In this document: in pieces, positions 1 through 12,129 of the stretch | Layout of the letters: every line of letters begins with the position of its first letter | Position numbering within the stretch: position 1 is the first letter of the stretch | Origin: Moniliella sp. 'wahieum' | Lineage: Eukaryota | DNA length: 64,000 bases | Direction: 5' to 3' | Assembly (NCBI GenBank): GCA_003971905.1 | Contig: RSEE01000008.1 | Coordinates: 1,054,001-1,118,000, forward strand | Notes under the pieces: generated by a model | Database searches by the model: none | The model's input: the letters and a program-made list of their open reading frames with translations, nothing else | What the model was told of the DNA's origin: nothing | Translations under genes and position numbers: made by a program

Positions 1-372
1 ATTTCCCCCTCCGGGCACCCCCCCCCATGCAGTCCTACACCGAGCTTCGTGGGGCCCCGCCGGAGGGATACTGAGCACGACCCGCCAGTTCTTGGGGCTC
101 GGAACGATGAATCCCCTTTCCATGAGGTCCACCCTCCGCCCCCCTGGAATATGTATCTCCGCCAAAACAGGTCCCCCATCCACATTCCATGCTGGGAGAC
201 ACTTGGATCGATGACTGGCATAGCAAGGGATAGCAGAAGTCAATGCAGCTACCGAATACAAACAACTATGCACGTCCGCGGCGGAAATGCAGTTCCGCCT
301 ACCTTTAAGACGAAGGACGACAGAGAGGCACTTTAATCGATTGATACCGGCCGCACCACCACCCCGCCTCTG

Positions 373-2884
373 ATGCTGGTCCGACGGCGATCCCCATGGT
401 CCGCAGCGTTCGCCGGGACACGGCGTCCATGGGCGCCTGCGACCCGCGTTATTTTCTCTGCTTCCCTCTCTTCTGATCCACCATCTCGCCCCCGCCACCC
501 GATACCGACGTTCTTGCCCCCGCCAGACGCCAGGCGGGCTTATGCATCCCTGTCTGCTCACCCGCCCGGAGCTACCCCATCTCCCCCCGTGCCGGCCCAG
601 ACCCCCGTTGATGTATCGATTTGGTGGGATGTGGAGGTGCGTTTTCTTTCTATTGATTCGCTATGGATAGCCCTAAGCTGACAGAAGGTTGCCTCAGTCG
701 TGCCCACCGCCTACGACGATCAGCTTTGCGGAGGCGCTCTGTGCGCTCTACAATGTAGCCAGTTGCCCTGGCGCCTTGGACAGTGGCATGGACTCGGTCG
801 AATCTCCCATTCGGTCTGCCGTCGACGGCGAGCTCCTTGCATTTCGTGCCTACGGAGACTGGACCACTCGCTCCTCTCATCTTCTCCAGGGGCTCGAGTC
901 GGCACCGGTTACCTTGCTCGAGGCCCCGTACGAAGGTATGATGCAGAAACTCACATCCGATATCCGCCTCATTACCGATGTCGTGGCATTTGCCGTTGCA
1001 CACAACGCCCGATTTGCTGGACAAACGGGATATCGCACGCGCCGCTCCAGCCGCAAGCTGAGGATCGTCTTGGCTCTGGGAACCGGGGACTACCAATACA
1101 CCATCCAGCAGCTCCAGCAATTGGGGCACGAGGTTGTCTTGATCATGCCTCGCCCATCCGTTCCCAATCCCGAGTCGCCGATGCTCAATATGTTTTCCAC
1201 TAACACCAAGGCGCAGGGGGGGCAACTTGATTGGCACGCGGATGTGTTACGTCCGCCATGGACCACCACCCCCCATCACCGGTCTTGATCATCCTGTCGA
1301 TATGCCGCTCTGGGCTCCTTTCCTCCAACGACCCGCCACGATTGGCCGATCTGCTGTGCACCCTGCGTCAGGTAAGAAGACGGGAGGTGTTGCGCGCGCG
1401 TTTCTTCCCCTCGTTCGAGCGTTGCTTCACCAGTCTCATTCGGGCAAATGGTTGAGTGAGCGCGAGCTTATCCTCATGGTCGACCTGGACGCATCAGTTA
1501 TGGGCACAGACAATTGGGGCCACTACCTTGATCGTGCAATAAAGGCGGGTCTTGTGTTGGCGCGTGTGCCGCAGGACAAAGAGCGGAAGGCGGCCAAGCT
1601 AGATGGCACACTCACCTTGCATCCCAAGTGGTACAAGACGTTGATTGACTTGGAACTTCGCTCATTTCCCTCTGTCCAAGCCGCTGCCGTGGCGAAAAGC
1701 CAGGGAGATGTGCCTTGGACCGATCAACAGTCCCACTTGGCCATCTGGACCGACGATCCAGTGAGTGTCTTTGGTCCTTTGGTGGAGACGCTCCTCGATC
1801 CTCAATTCGCTCACAACATGCCCACCCTCGAGCAAGTACGGGAGAGGCTGACACCCAATCTTACTACCGCTGCTGCCCATGTTGCTGGAGATGTGGGAGC
1901 GTACCTCGAACTGGCGGCCCAAGGAGGGCTCTTGGCATCCGACGAGTGGTCCCAGGGCATAATCAAATTGGCAAAAGACTGGTGGGATACGCTGTACTGT
2001 CTTGCGCTTGCGTCCTTGTTACGGCCACGTCATGATGACACTGCACCTCTCATCAGCACAGGCGGATCAACGATCGTCACTGTCGACTTGGCTACCCCAT
2101 TTATCGATGCTGTCACTCACTTTCACCAACTTGGGACTTGGAAACCTAGCCAAGAGCAACTGCGTCACCACATTGCCCAAAATGATCCTTCCATCTATCG
2201 TCGTGCCGGTGTTGGTGGATGGGATGACTACATTCGGATGTTACAGGTACGTTGGGACTTGGCCTGCCACACTCGTGCACTAGATGAACTGTGTGTGTTG
2301 TGGACTGACCGGCTCATCTCGGTGTGTCAGGATGCAAATCTCGTGTTTGACGATGGAATGGCGGGCGTTTCCCTGGAAAACTTTTGGTACCTCACCTCAC
2401 CTGATCAAGTTGGAGTTGACAGCGAATGGCTCTTTGAGAGGCGCCTTGGCCGCAGAGGCGGACAAAGCCCAACAGCCGCTGGCCTGGTCGCCACGGCAAA
2501 CATTGGTGGTGGACCAGACGGATCGACCACTGGATGCGTTTGTGCCTTTCATCGGGAACATTCTGCATGCTCGGCGAGGCGGCCGCTGGCTGCCGTTCAC
2601 CCAGGAGGGAATGCGGACCTTGCTTTCTCCCAAGGCATACCGGCTGGCACAGCTGGAACAAGGCGACTCGGCGGGCTATCTGGCTTTGGCCGAGGTACGT
2701 GTCTCTTCTAGGCAGGCAGAGCACAGGGCGCGACAAGCGACGACTGACGCTTGCTTTGGATGGACAGAACGCCGGGATCCTCAGCCACGACCAGACGGGG
2801 CACCTATTTCTCCACCCCAAATGGTGGACGGCGCTCTACCGCGTCCATCTCGCCTATCTGTCGCGAGTTCACGGGCTGAGCTAA
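373..2884 (+). CDS. NYN (Limkain-b1/MARF1-type PIN-like) domain protein with ~4 LOTUS/OST-HTH-like repeats, paralog A; degenerate active site
   Basis: Splicing intron 637-697 gives VSIWWDVE|SCPPP, followed by FRAYGDW, TSDIRLITD and IVLALGTGDYQYTIQQLQQLGHEVVLIMP (NYN pattern). Then repeats of F.PLV..LL...W..YL..A...GL...L.P.WW..L..L. Further introns 2247-2330 and 2695-2767; stop at 2884; frameshifts near 1280 and 2400. Confidence 0.8.
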
Positions 2885-3208
2885 GGCGGCGGCGATGGGC
2901 GAGGGATTGCGGCGCAGCCCGATCGGTTGGGGAGAGGCGGCTGCCGCGCTCTGTGGCGGGCAGGCAGAGGGGTGGTAGTCAGGAGACGCCGCTGCTCCTT
3001 CCCATTGGATCCATACCACACCATGCAGACTTGAACTGTTCATCCGCGCCACCACGGCCGGAGCAACAACTAGCTTAGCCATCAGTCATCAGTACTCCGT
3101 AGCAAACCAGACCAGCGCAGCCAGTAAACGTTCCGACCGCCTGCTGCGGCGCCTCTCCACCGCCATCCTTCTTCTCGGCCCCGCCTCTGCGACTCCGGTG
3201 GCCCCTCC

Positions 3209-6200
3209 ATGACCATCCTGGTGCGCAGCGCCCGTCTGGGTGTCTCTCGCGCTGCCGCCACCCGCCTGCGTCTCCCGCCCCCGCCCACGCCCGGCGCGGC
3301 CGGGCGTCGGGCACACGCGCTCGCCCGTCCGCCCCCCCGCCTCCGTCTGTCCCGACGCCCTCGGCTCGGCTGCCCCCCTCATCCGTGCCCGTCGCGTCCG
3401 AGGCGACCAACCCGCCCGTGTGCATCCTGTGGGACTTTGAAAACTGCCGCATCCCTTCGGAATATTCCGCCCCTCACGCCATCGCCGCGCTTCTCACCAC
3501 CGTCCGCCTGGCCACCTTGCCTCACAATGCCCAGCACGGCGGCCAGCTGGTCCGTTTCCAGGTGTATGCCGACTGGAGCCTCGTGCCCAGCCACACGACC
3601 AGGGAGCTTTCCCGTGCCGGTGCCACGCTCGTCCACACGCCCCATGTGCCCGGCCTGTCCAACACGGCCGATCTGGCGCTCATCACCGATGCGCTGGCCC
3701 GAGCCAACCTGCTCGGCCGCTCGCAGCCCATGCGCATCTTTTGTCTCCTCGGCGACCGAGACTACGGGCCGATGCTGCGCATGCTGCGCAATTGGCACCA
3801 CGAAGTCGTCCTCGTCAATCCCCATCCCACCATGGGCAAGCTGCCCCCCCCCTCACCGAGTCTGCCGATGCCATTCTTAGCTGGCGCCACGACGTTCTCG
3901 ACACCCACGTTAACTACACCCCTGCTTGGCGAGAAGCAGCTACGCTGCCCCTCTCTTCTCGGCAAAAGGCGTCCGTCGCTCACCTGCGCTCCCCTGCCCG
4001 CGCTTTCTCCCCCTTGGTAGACACGCTGCTCTCGTTTCAACTCAACGGCGTCGTGGCGCCGACCAAAGCACAGTTCCACAACGAGCTTCTTCGTGTCTTT
4101 CCCGACGCGTATTCCCGCGCTGGTGTTGCCACTGCCGATGACTACGTTGAGCTGGCCGTCGAGGCCCAAGTGCTGTGGCCTCCCAGTGCAGAAATGGACA
4201 CGGTTCGTCTCGATCGGCGCTACTTTGTCCATTTGGTCAAGCTCCACCTTGCGGCGTTCCCCTTTCCTGCGGCCGCTGCGGCCGATATGGTAGACCCAAG
4301 CTTGCGGGGGAAGTATCGACTGAAGGGAACGTTCTTGCCAGGCCGTCAAGTAGGAGGACCTGTGATCCCACTGCGACGGGAACAGCGGTATGCGCTCCGG
4401 CGCCTGTCTCTTTCTCCCCTCGCCACGTACTTGCCCCTGATTGAAACGCTGCTCTACTCTCGCCGTCTGTCGGGTCGCGCAAGCGGGGTAAACGAACTTG
4501 GTGAGCTCCTCACGGCCGAGTTTGGCGTCGATGCGTTTGGCAAGCTCGGCTTGTCTGATTGGTCCACCTACCTCCAATCTGCCATGGATGCCGGCCTGGT
4601 CCGTCTAATCAACCAACGTGGCACGGAGAGCGTTCAGCTCACCCTCGATTGGTTTTCTACCTTGGTCCACTTAGAGGCAATCACCTTGCCGTCCTCGGAC
4701 TCCCTCCCTCGCCCTCTGCCGCAACAATCGCAACCCTCACCTCCATCTTCCTCCTCCACTTCCACTTCCTCTTCGCAGTCCAAGCCTTCACGCCTGCCCC
4801 GCCGCCCTACCATTTCATCCCCCCAGTCCACACCCGCATCCACATCCACATCCTCACAGCAAAGGCCGTCGTTGGAGACGCTCTATTCCCTTCCGGTTGC
4901 CAGCCTTCCCTCAGACTCCATCCCTCCATTTGCTGAGTTGGTCGTATTCATGCGAGCGTTGAAGTCTTTGGCTCTTCGTCCCGATATGACGTACCTCATC
5001 TCGTCTGGTCTCCTGGTCAAGGCCGAAGCGTGGGAGGAAGGCGCACATTTGATCAAAACCCAGATGGCCAAAAGCGCAATGGTACGTCCTTCTCTGTTCG
5101 ACAGAAAAACAAGACCCGTAGACTAACGCTGTTGTGTTGCAGGAATTGGGACTGGTAACCATGTCTTCTGACGACCTGACCACGTTGACCCCCACCCCGA
5201 GATTCTACATCTCCTTGTACCGCATCATGGAGCTTCAGTCGCCTTCCCCCCAAATTACTGCTGATTGGCTGCAGCGCCAGTGGCAGGAAGACGGGCATGG
5301 CGACTTTGTACAATTGGTTTATGCAACAGTCGCAAATTTCTCGGCGAATGGTCTCCCCATTGTACGCGTTTGTTCCCCTGCTCGATACGCTCTTTGGCCA
5401 TGACCGTTCCGGCCAAGGAGAGTTGACATTGGTGGCGCTCAAGCAGGCTGTCCTCAGATACCCCCCAGATCCTCTCAGATGCCCACATTGAAAGTTGGGA
5501 CGAGTACATGGCAATCGCCAAATCAGCCGGGATTGTGGATCTAGACTCCACGGGCCTGCTGCCCACTGTGTCTTTGACAGCAGGATGGATGGCAGCTTTT
5601 CCACCTGGAACTACTCCATCGCCATACCATACTACCGCCTCCCCGCCCATCTTGCCCCGACCTCCTACCCCTGCCCCTGCCCCGGCCTCCCTTCCCACGC
5701 CGGCGCCAGTCCCACAACTACCGCGAAAGGAAAAAACAAAGCACATGCCCGCCCACCTGGTTATGCTCGACACACCAGTGCACCCATGGGGGGCGGCAAA
5801 GCTACCGCCGCCTCGTCCCAGTCCCGTAGGAAACGATTCTTGCCTCGGATCACGCCCTCTCAGGAGCAAGCCGCTCATCTGACCCCATCCCCCGTCGAAG
5901 CGTTTGGTCCGTTGGCCAACATCCTGCTTCAGATGCAATTCCACCGCCTGCCTACGCCTTCCACCGCCGAACTGGAAGCAACGGTGCTAGCGACCATGCC
6001 GGATACCTTGGATGCTGCCGGGGTTGATGGATGGGCCTCCTACCTATCGCTTGCCGAAGCAACGGGGATTGTGCAGGTATCGACATCTCGCGACGGAAGC
6101 GAACACGTTGCGCTCGAACCTGACTTTTACGCCGCCTAGCCGAGTTCCAAGCTACCTCCACCTCCAATGATCCGGCGGAACTGGAGGGCCTGCTCGAAGT

Positions 6201-8287
6201 GCAGAGAGTCAAGCAATGGGACGATCCTTTGCTCCGGCCTGCCACCCAGTTGGACGAGGGCGAGGTAGATGAGGAGGAGTTGGGGGAGCATGCACCTTCG
6301 TACGGGGTGACGGATGTGATCTGGGATGACCAGAAGGACGCATTCGCTCCTGCGGCGCAAGCACGTCATGAACCGAGCTCTCTCCAGGTCATGGCACGAC
6401 GCCGTGTGGCTGCCAAGGGAATTGGTGCGCCGTTGGAAGCATTTGCGCCCTTGATCGAGACGTTGCTCAAATCAGGGGGTGCCATGTCTTCCAGCACCGA
6501 GACGGGCCACTTTTTCGCGTCGCGCTTCCCTGGCGTTTTCAAGTTGGCCGAGACGTTGAGTTGGAAACTGTATCTAAAGCGTGCCGTTGAAGTTGGCATC
6601 CTGGAGGATGTGCCTGAGGAAGGCATTGTGGAGCTTCAGCCCGACTTTTGGGTTACCATCCTAGACCTTCACTTGTTCAAGCTTGGTAAGTTGCACGCCC
6701 GTGCCGCCTCGGGTCTGGAGGGAGAGATGGACGTGTCTCCGATCCAAGCTCGTCTACACCAAGTGGTTAACGAGAATGGGTCGGCGCTGGAGGTATTTGG
6801 GCCTTTGGTACAGGCTCTATTACGGTCCCGTGAGGCGGATGGGGTATCGGCCTCTCGTCTGCATGTGCGCACCCTTCTGTCGATTGAGCTGGAAGCGGGT
6901 ATGCCTCGCTGGGTGTGCGGGACTTTGATGAGTACATGGAATTAGCCGAGGCCGCTGGCCTAGCCCTACCGGACTCCATCGGCACCGACGGTTCATTCTC
7001 GACGCCCGATGGTACGCCCGTCTGCTCCAACTTCAACGGGCCGCGTTTCTTCCCCACAAGCAGCAATGGAGGGATGGCGGGCCCGTTGGCACGCTTGCTC
7101 CGACCCAGGGCTTTCCTCTCGCCCTTGCTCCAGCGTGATGCCGACTTTTCTCTCACCATGGCCACCATGCCCTTTGCTGAGCGAGATCAGCACGAACCCT
7201 CTGCATAGTTCATGCCGTTGCTTGATATGATGCTCGCCCACGCCAGCGCAAGGAGCGCTCTGCCCATCATTCCCAAGACATGGATTCGTAGCGCGATGGA
7301 AGCCAACTTTGACTCACTCTACTCGCGTGTGGGCGTGCGTGGGTTCGACGAGTACATTCAACTAGCCAAGGTTCGTATCGTTTCATTGGCGTCACCCCCG
7401 TTATTAACCCTCGCTGGATGTGCTTGCAGGATGCTCGTCTGTTGGGTCCGTCTCCCGATAGTGAGACGGTGATCCCTTCTCCTTTCTGGCTTCGCACCCT
7501 TTCTTTCCTCCATCTTTCGTGCATCAAATCTCCAAACACTTCTAGTCCAGAAGAGCATGGCCTGGTCCAAGGCGAAGCTACTGACATTCCCCATGACGAT
7601 CCTCTGCAAGCGCTGTCCTCAGCTGAACGCGCTCTCCTTCGGTATATCGTTAAGGAAAAGGGCACCGTCGCTAGGGCATTTGCTACGTCCATGGACGAAT
7701 ACCTCAAACTGGGTGACCATGTGCCCAATCAGCCATGAATGAAGTTGCTGAGGTGAGTGGATTCTCCTCCCCGTCGTGAACTACGTTTGAGTGTCATGAT
7801 GCTGACCCTGCTCTGTTCGGCAAACACGTAGAAGCTCGGTCTGTTCCAGGAGAACCCAGAAGCACCTTGGAGCTACCTTTCCCAGCTCGCGGACCTCCAC
7901 TTGGCCCTCTATCCCCACATCCCTCTTGAGGCTGAGCTAGAGATGGCCCGCAAGCTCCCCCTCGAGCCCGACGACGTGATGGATCGGCTTTTGACCTGTC
8001 GCCAGGCCAGTGTGTTGGACGACCTGGCCACCATTGACCTTGCTGGCCTAGCTGCCGCGTTTGACCTTGGGCCTAGTGAGATGTCCGACCTGATTAGCCA
8101 ACTTCAACTTGCTGGTCTCGTTACCGCCGTCCTTCAACACCCACCTGCCCACTTCTTGTCTCGTGTTCTGGCGTTGGATTCCCAGACCCCAGTGTATGGC
8201 AACATCCGCCTGGCTCCCGACTGGTGGCAGCAGTTTGTTCGTTTACACGCCGCCACCCTTCGCATACAGGATCAGGCACATGGGTAA
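3209..8287 (+). CDS. NYN ribonuclease domain protein with ~10 LOTUS/OST-HTH-like repeats, paralog B
   Basis: NYN motifs VCILWDFENCRIP, FQVYADW, NTADLALITD, LLGDRDYGPMLRMLRNWHHEVVLVNP (about 3420-3820). Repeats start near 4000, 4420, 4920, 5360, 5890, 6430, 6790, 7210, 7600 and 7960. Introns 5082-5142, 7371-7429, 7753-7831. Several frameshifts. Confidence 0.85.
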
Positions 8288-8584
8288 TCCATATCCGCCA
8301 TGTATCGGCCCAGAAAGACCACCTACACACACGTTGCCGGCCATGGCGTTGGCCACAGTGTTGGCGTACACTACCTACAGTCTGATCTATAGACGAAACA
8401 CAGACATAGAGCTGTGCAAAGAGTTGCACATTTTGGGAGGGGTGGTACAAGGCGATGGACACTTTGAGGTCGTCATGTGTGGCTAGAACCAAGGGCAGGC
8501 AGCAGGGTGCCTGAGGCTCTGATGGCATGCGCTACAAAAGCAGGCCAAGGCCAAGGCAGGCATGGTAAGAGCAAAACAAGGAGT

Positions 8585-9213
8585 TTACACGCTCTTGAAG
8601 TTCTTGCCCACACCGCCGGCAGCGCCCTTCATCTGCTGCTTGGAGAGCTTGGGAGCCGCGGCGGAACCGGCCTTCTTGGCCTCCTTGCGAGCCTCGGCAC
8701 GCGCCTTCTTCTCCTCCTTGGACTTGGACTTGGCCGCGTCGCGGGCCGCCGAACGCACTTCGGGCTTCTGGTTGCGCTTGGCCTGGATGTCAGCCAGCGA
8801 GAGGCCGACCACACCACGCTGGTGCTTGACCGTCTTGCGCGAGCGCTTCTTGGCCACCTCCTCCGAGATGCCCTTCTTGTGCATGCGGCGGAAGTACACC
8901 GTCCAGGCAATCTTACGCGGGTTCTTGCGCTGCAGGAACAGCTGCTCGGTCTTGTGCGAGTTGAAGCGGTAGACCTTGCCGTCACCAGAGCGCACAAACA
9001 GGCGGCCCCGGCTGGGGTAGACCTTGCGCAGCGAGAAAGAGTCCGTCTCCACCTGTCCCACCGCAGAGGCTGGTCAGTTTCCATCCTGCCGCCACCGCCT
9101 TGTGGCATCCGAAGAGCACCCAAGGCAGAAAAGGGGACACGGAACGTCCGCCCCACGGTGCCCGGGCGTGCGGACGACACGAGGAGGCCATCCCCGAGTA
9201 CACGTACCTTCAT
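8585..9213 (-). CDS. RPL24: 60S ribosomal protein L24 (eL24)
   Basis: Exon 1 ATG AAG (9213-9208), intron 9207-9053 (GTACGT...CTGAC...CAG), then VETDSFSLRKVYPSRGRLFVRSGDGKVYRF...RKNPRKIAWTVYFRRMHKKG. Confidence 0.97.
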
Positions 9214-9370
9214 CTTGACTTGAGCGAGTTGGGTAGCGTCGAGAGGACAGGACCGTCAGCTGGCGTGTGGCCGTCTGAAGCCCGCAACGCTGCTTGGACC
9301 ATTACGTCAGGGAGGACATTTGATTGCGCAATGCGGATGCATTGTGCAGCAATGTATCAGTATGAATTCA

Positions 9371-9414
9371 TAACCCTAATAACCCCTGTTGCCTTCAATC
9401 GCGCTGCAACCCTA
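9371..9414. promoter_or_regulatory. Telomere-like TAACCCTAA/AACCCTA boxes (candidate Tbf1-type sites) upstream of RPL24
   Basis: TAACCCTAA at 9371-9379 and AACCCTA at 9408-9414, 160-200 bp upstream of the RPL24 ATG. Confidence 0.4.
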
Positions 9415-10071
9415 TTGCCCTGTCGCGTCGGGGCCTCAATTCAACCGCAGAGATTTCAAGCCGGTCATTTAACTGGGTGGGTGCTGGCATGCTGCTGTTG
9501 CGCTGTTCTGTAGTTGATGGGCGATTCAACGCACTTGGACACGGGAATCTCCACCTTTTCCCTCATTGCCTCTTCTCTCCGCCTGCAAAGGGATGGCGGT
9601 GTGGGCTTGTAGAAGCCCGGTACAATGTGCTCTTTGGGATAGCTAATCCATTGAACTCCTCACTTGGAAACCTACGAACCAGCCAGTTCCTTCCGTTTGA
9701 GAAAATACGCCTGTGGTTGCTTTGAATCTTTCGCGTTTCGTATAGCCGCCTGTCATGGTCGGTGGCATGCGTGCTATGTCGAAGCGGCGACGCTGCCATG
9801 CACGCTAGCCATCATTCCTGATCTGAGGGGATGGACAACCCAATATTGCGGCCAAATACTTTGCTGGAGGACGACTACAGTTGCTTTATGGCATCCACAC
9901 AGTTGCAGCATCGCGTAACATCAAGCGGAGAGAGCGGCGGTATTATGGGCCTCTAGGGGCCAGAGGCCAGGAGGATCAGATCTCAGACGCTGCCATCGAT
10001 CCCGGAGAGACCAACCAGGGGACAATTCTAAATGCCATCGTGGGCAATCCCCAAGACTCTGCCATTTGCCA

Positions 10072-12129
10072 TCATGGCTTTGGGGCGAGCCGGAGCAGCC
10101 GGGGAGCGGTTCTGAGGGCGGACAAGGTGGGGAAGAGGAACCGGATAGGGAAGCACATGGTACGCAAGGCGAGGAGGAGCACGCGTAGGACGAGGTGGGC
10201 CAGGGTGCGCATGACCCGCTTAAACAAGTTGGACGGATGGGACGCTGGGAAACGACTGTCATGCGTGCCAGCTGCGGTCCAGCGGACTGCCTCGATATCC
10301 TCCCGTCCTCCCAACGCAACGGCCATCAGACGAGGCAGTTGCGCAAGCACCGCTGTCCACATATGGCTGGGGAAGGAGACGATCCGCAACAAGCAGATAG
10401 GCCAACGTCCGTGCCAGGTTCCGTTTTCGCCGACTCACCACCGCAACCGTTTGGTTGGCGTGGCCAGCCGGCACACCATTCGCCCCCCGCGGTCCTCCTT
10501 CTTCCACCATCACAACAGGGTAGCCAAAGTAAGGGTTGGCCGAATCGTACCGAGAGAGGGTGCGAGGCGGGCGAGAAGAATGAGAGTGTGGTCCAGGACA
10601 AGGATGGGATGGAGTTCTTGAGGTGGTACAACTTGTGTGCTGCCTGGGTGATTGTTCTTCCGCCGGTAGGCCCCACCGGCGAGCTGGGACGACTAGGCAA
10701 GGGAGTAGCAAACCTCGATCCAGCAGGCGAAACGACCCGGCTTGAGGCGGGCGTGACAAAGCGGGATGTAGGAGTCTGGCAGAAACGAAGCACTGGGTCA
10801 GAACGCCAAACCAGATAGCGAGAGGGAGAAGTGACGTACTGTTCCCATGCCGGAGCCGGCCACCGACTTGAAGTCATCATAGACGTCGCTGGTTGGTTCG
10901 GATGTGTGTAGCTGCTGCGCTCCCACTGCTCCCCAGGAACCCAGCACGACCATTTTTGCAAGCCCGTGTTGGTAGATGCATGAACGGCAGGACGATAGAG
11001 GTCATGTTGAGGAGGGGGGGTCTTGGCATCATCTGCACCTACATTAAGGGGATACCCGGTGGTGGACAAACCAGGCTCGTACCAGATCTTGCGCATCAGC
11101 GGCGCAGCGGGGAAAACGGACGCGCTCAGCTGCGGAAGGAGGTAAGATCTTTTTGGCAAACGCCCACAAGCCTGCGTGGATCCAACCAAAGCCAACCACA
11201 TGCACGCCCGACCAGAGCGAAACAAAGTGGCGTTTCGACAGACGCTCCAATTCCGGCAGCAGCTCCATCCCGGCCTTGGCAATCGAAAGCGAGTTCATCC
11301 CCTGGCTGGGGCGCAGGTCAATGACAAGCGTACCTTGTACCACTGGCGTCGTCAGCCTTTCCTTTACGGACGCTTGGTACGCATTGTCGATGGCCAGCCG
11401 CGCCATTTCCAGCCCCGCAGCAAATATGCATCCACACCACTGATTTCGTCCCCTTCCTTGTGCAGGAAAGCCTCCACCTCGTCGATCACCTCGGTATCTG
11501 ACACCGCCTCCTTCGCCACCTCCCCCGGCACCTCGTCGAGCAAAGTCAAACGTCCCATCCTCTACCGCCTGGTGCCCAGGAAAGGTGGACAACGACGGAG
11601 CAGGGGCCGAGTGGAAAGAGAAGAAGCTGTCAGGGTTCGAATGGAGGCAACCACAAGAGGACGTCGGTGGGAATCGGCCAACTCGTCGTTCATCCAAAAC
11701 AATGGCGAGCAGTGTCGGAAGCCGAGCCATAGTCGCTGCTGGACAGGTAGGGATCGCCAGAAACAAGACTAGGAGGGTGCCGGGCGAGGGAGGATGGTCC
11801 AAATGCCGCGCTCTTGTTGGCCAGGCATGCGGACCAGTAGCTTCCAAGCCAGGGATTGGGCCATGGCCAGCGCGGCCAAGCGTACGTCTCCTTCGACCTT
11901 GCGGATAATTCGGAACAGATGTGCATCGTCCCGCACCATCGACAGAGCATACAGTCTCCTGCGCTCGGCGCCCACGGGGCCCAGGTAGCCGGCCACGTGC
12001 GTGAGGACAGGGGGAACACGTGGCGGGCCAGCTCGGCCCGCAGCTGCTCCAGCAGCGATTGCGTCTGGGGGGCTGGGCAAGCGCAATGCTGCGCCACGCG
12101 TCGGGAGTGGAGGCCTTGGAGTAGGACAT
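10072..12129 (-). CDS. CRAL-TRIO (Sec14-like) lipid-binding protein with C-terminal hydrophobic region
   Basis: DDAHLFRIIRKVEGDVRLAALAMAQSLAWK (CRAL-TRIO N-terminal); QGTLVIDL...VHVVGFGWIHAGLWAFAKKILPPSAAERVRF (CRAL-TRIO); NPYFGYP and RRKRNLARTL motifs. Spread over several frames; 3' end approximate. Confidence 0.75.
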
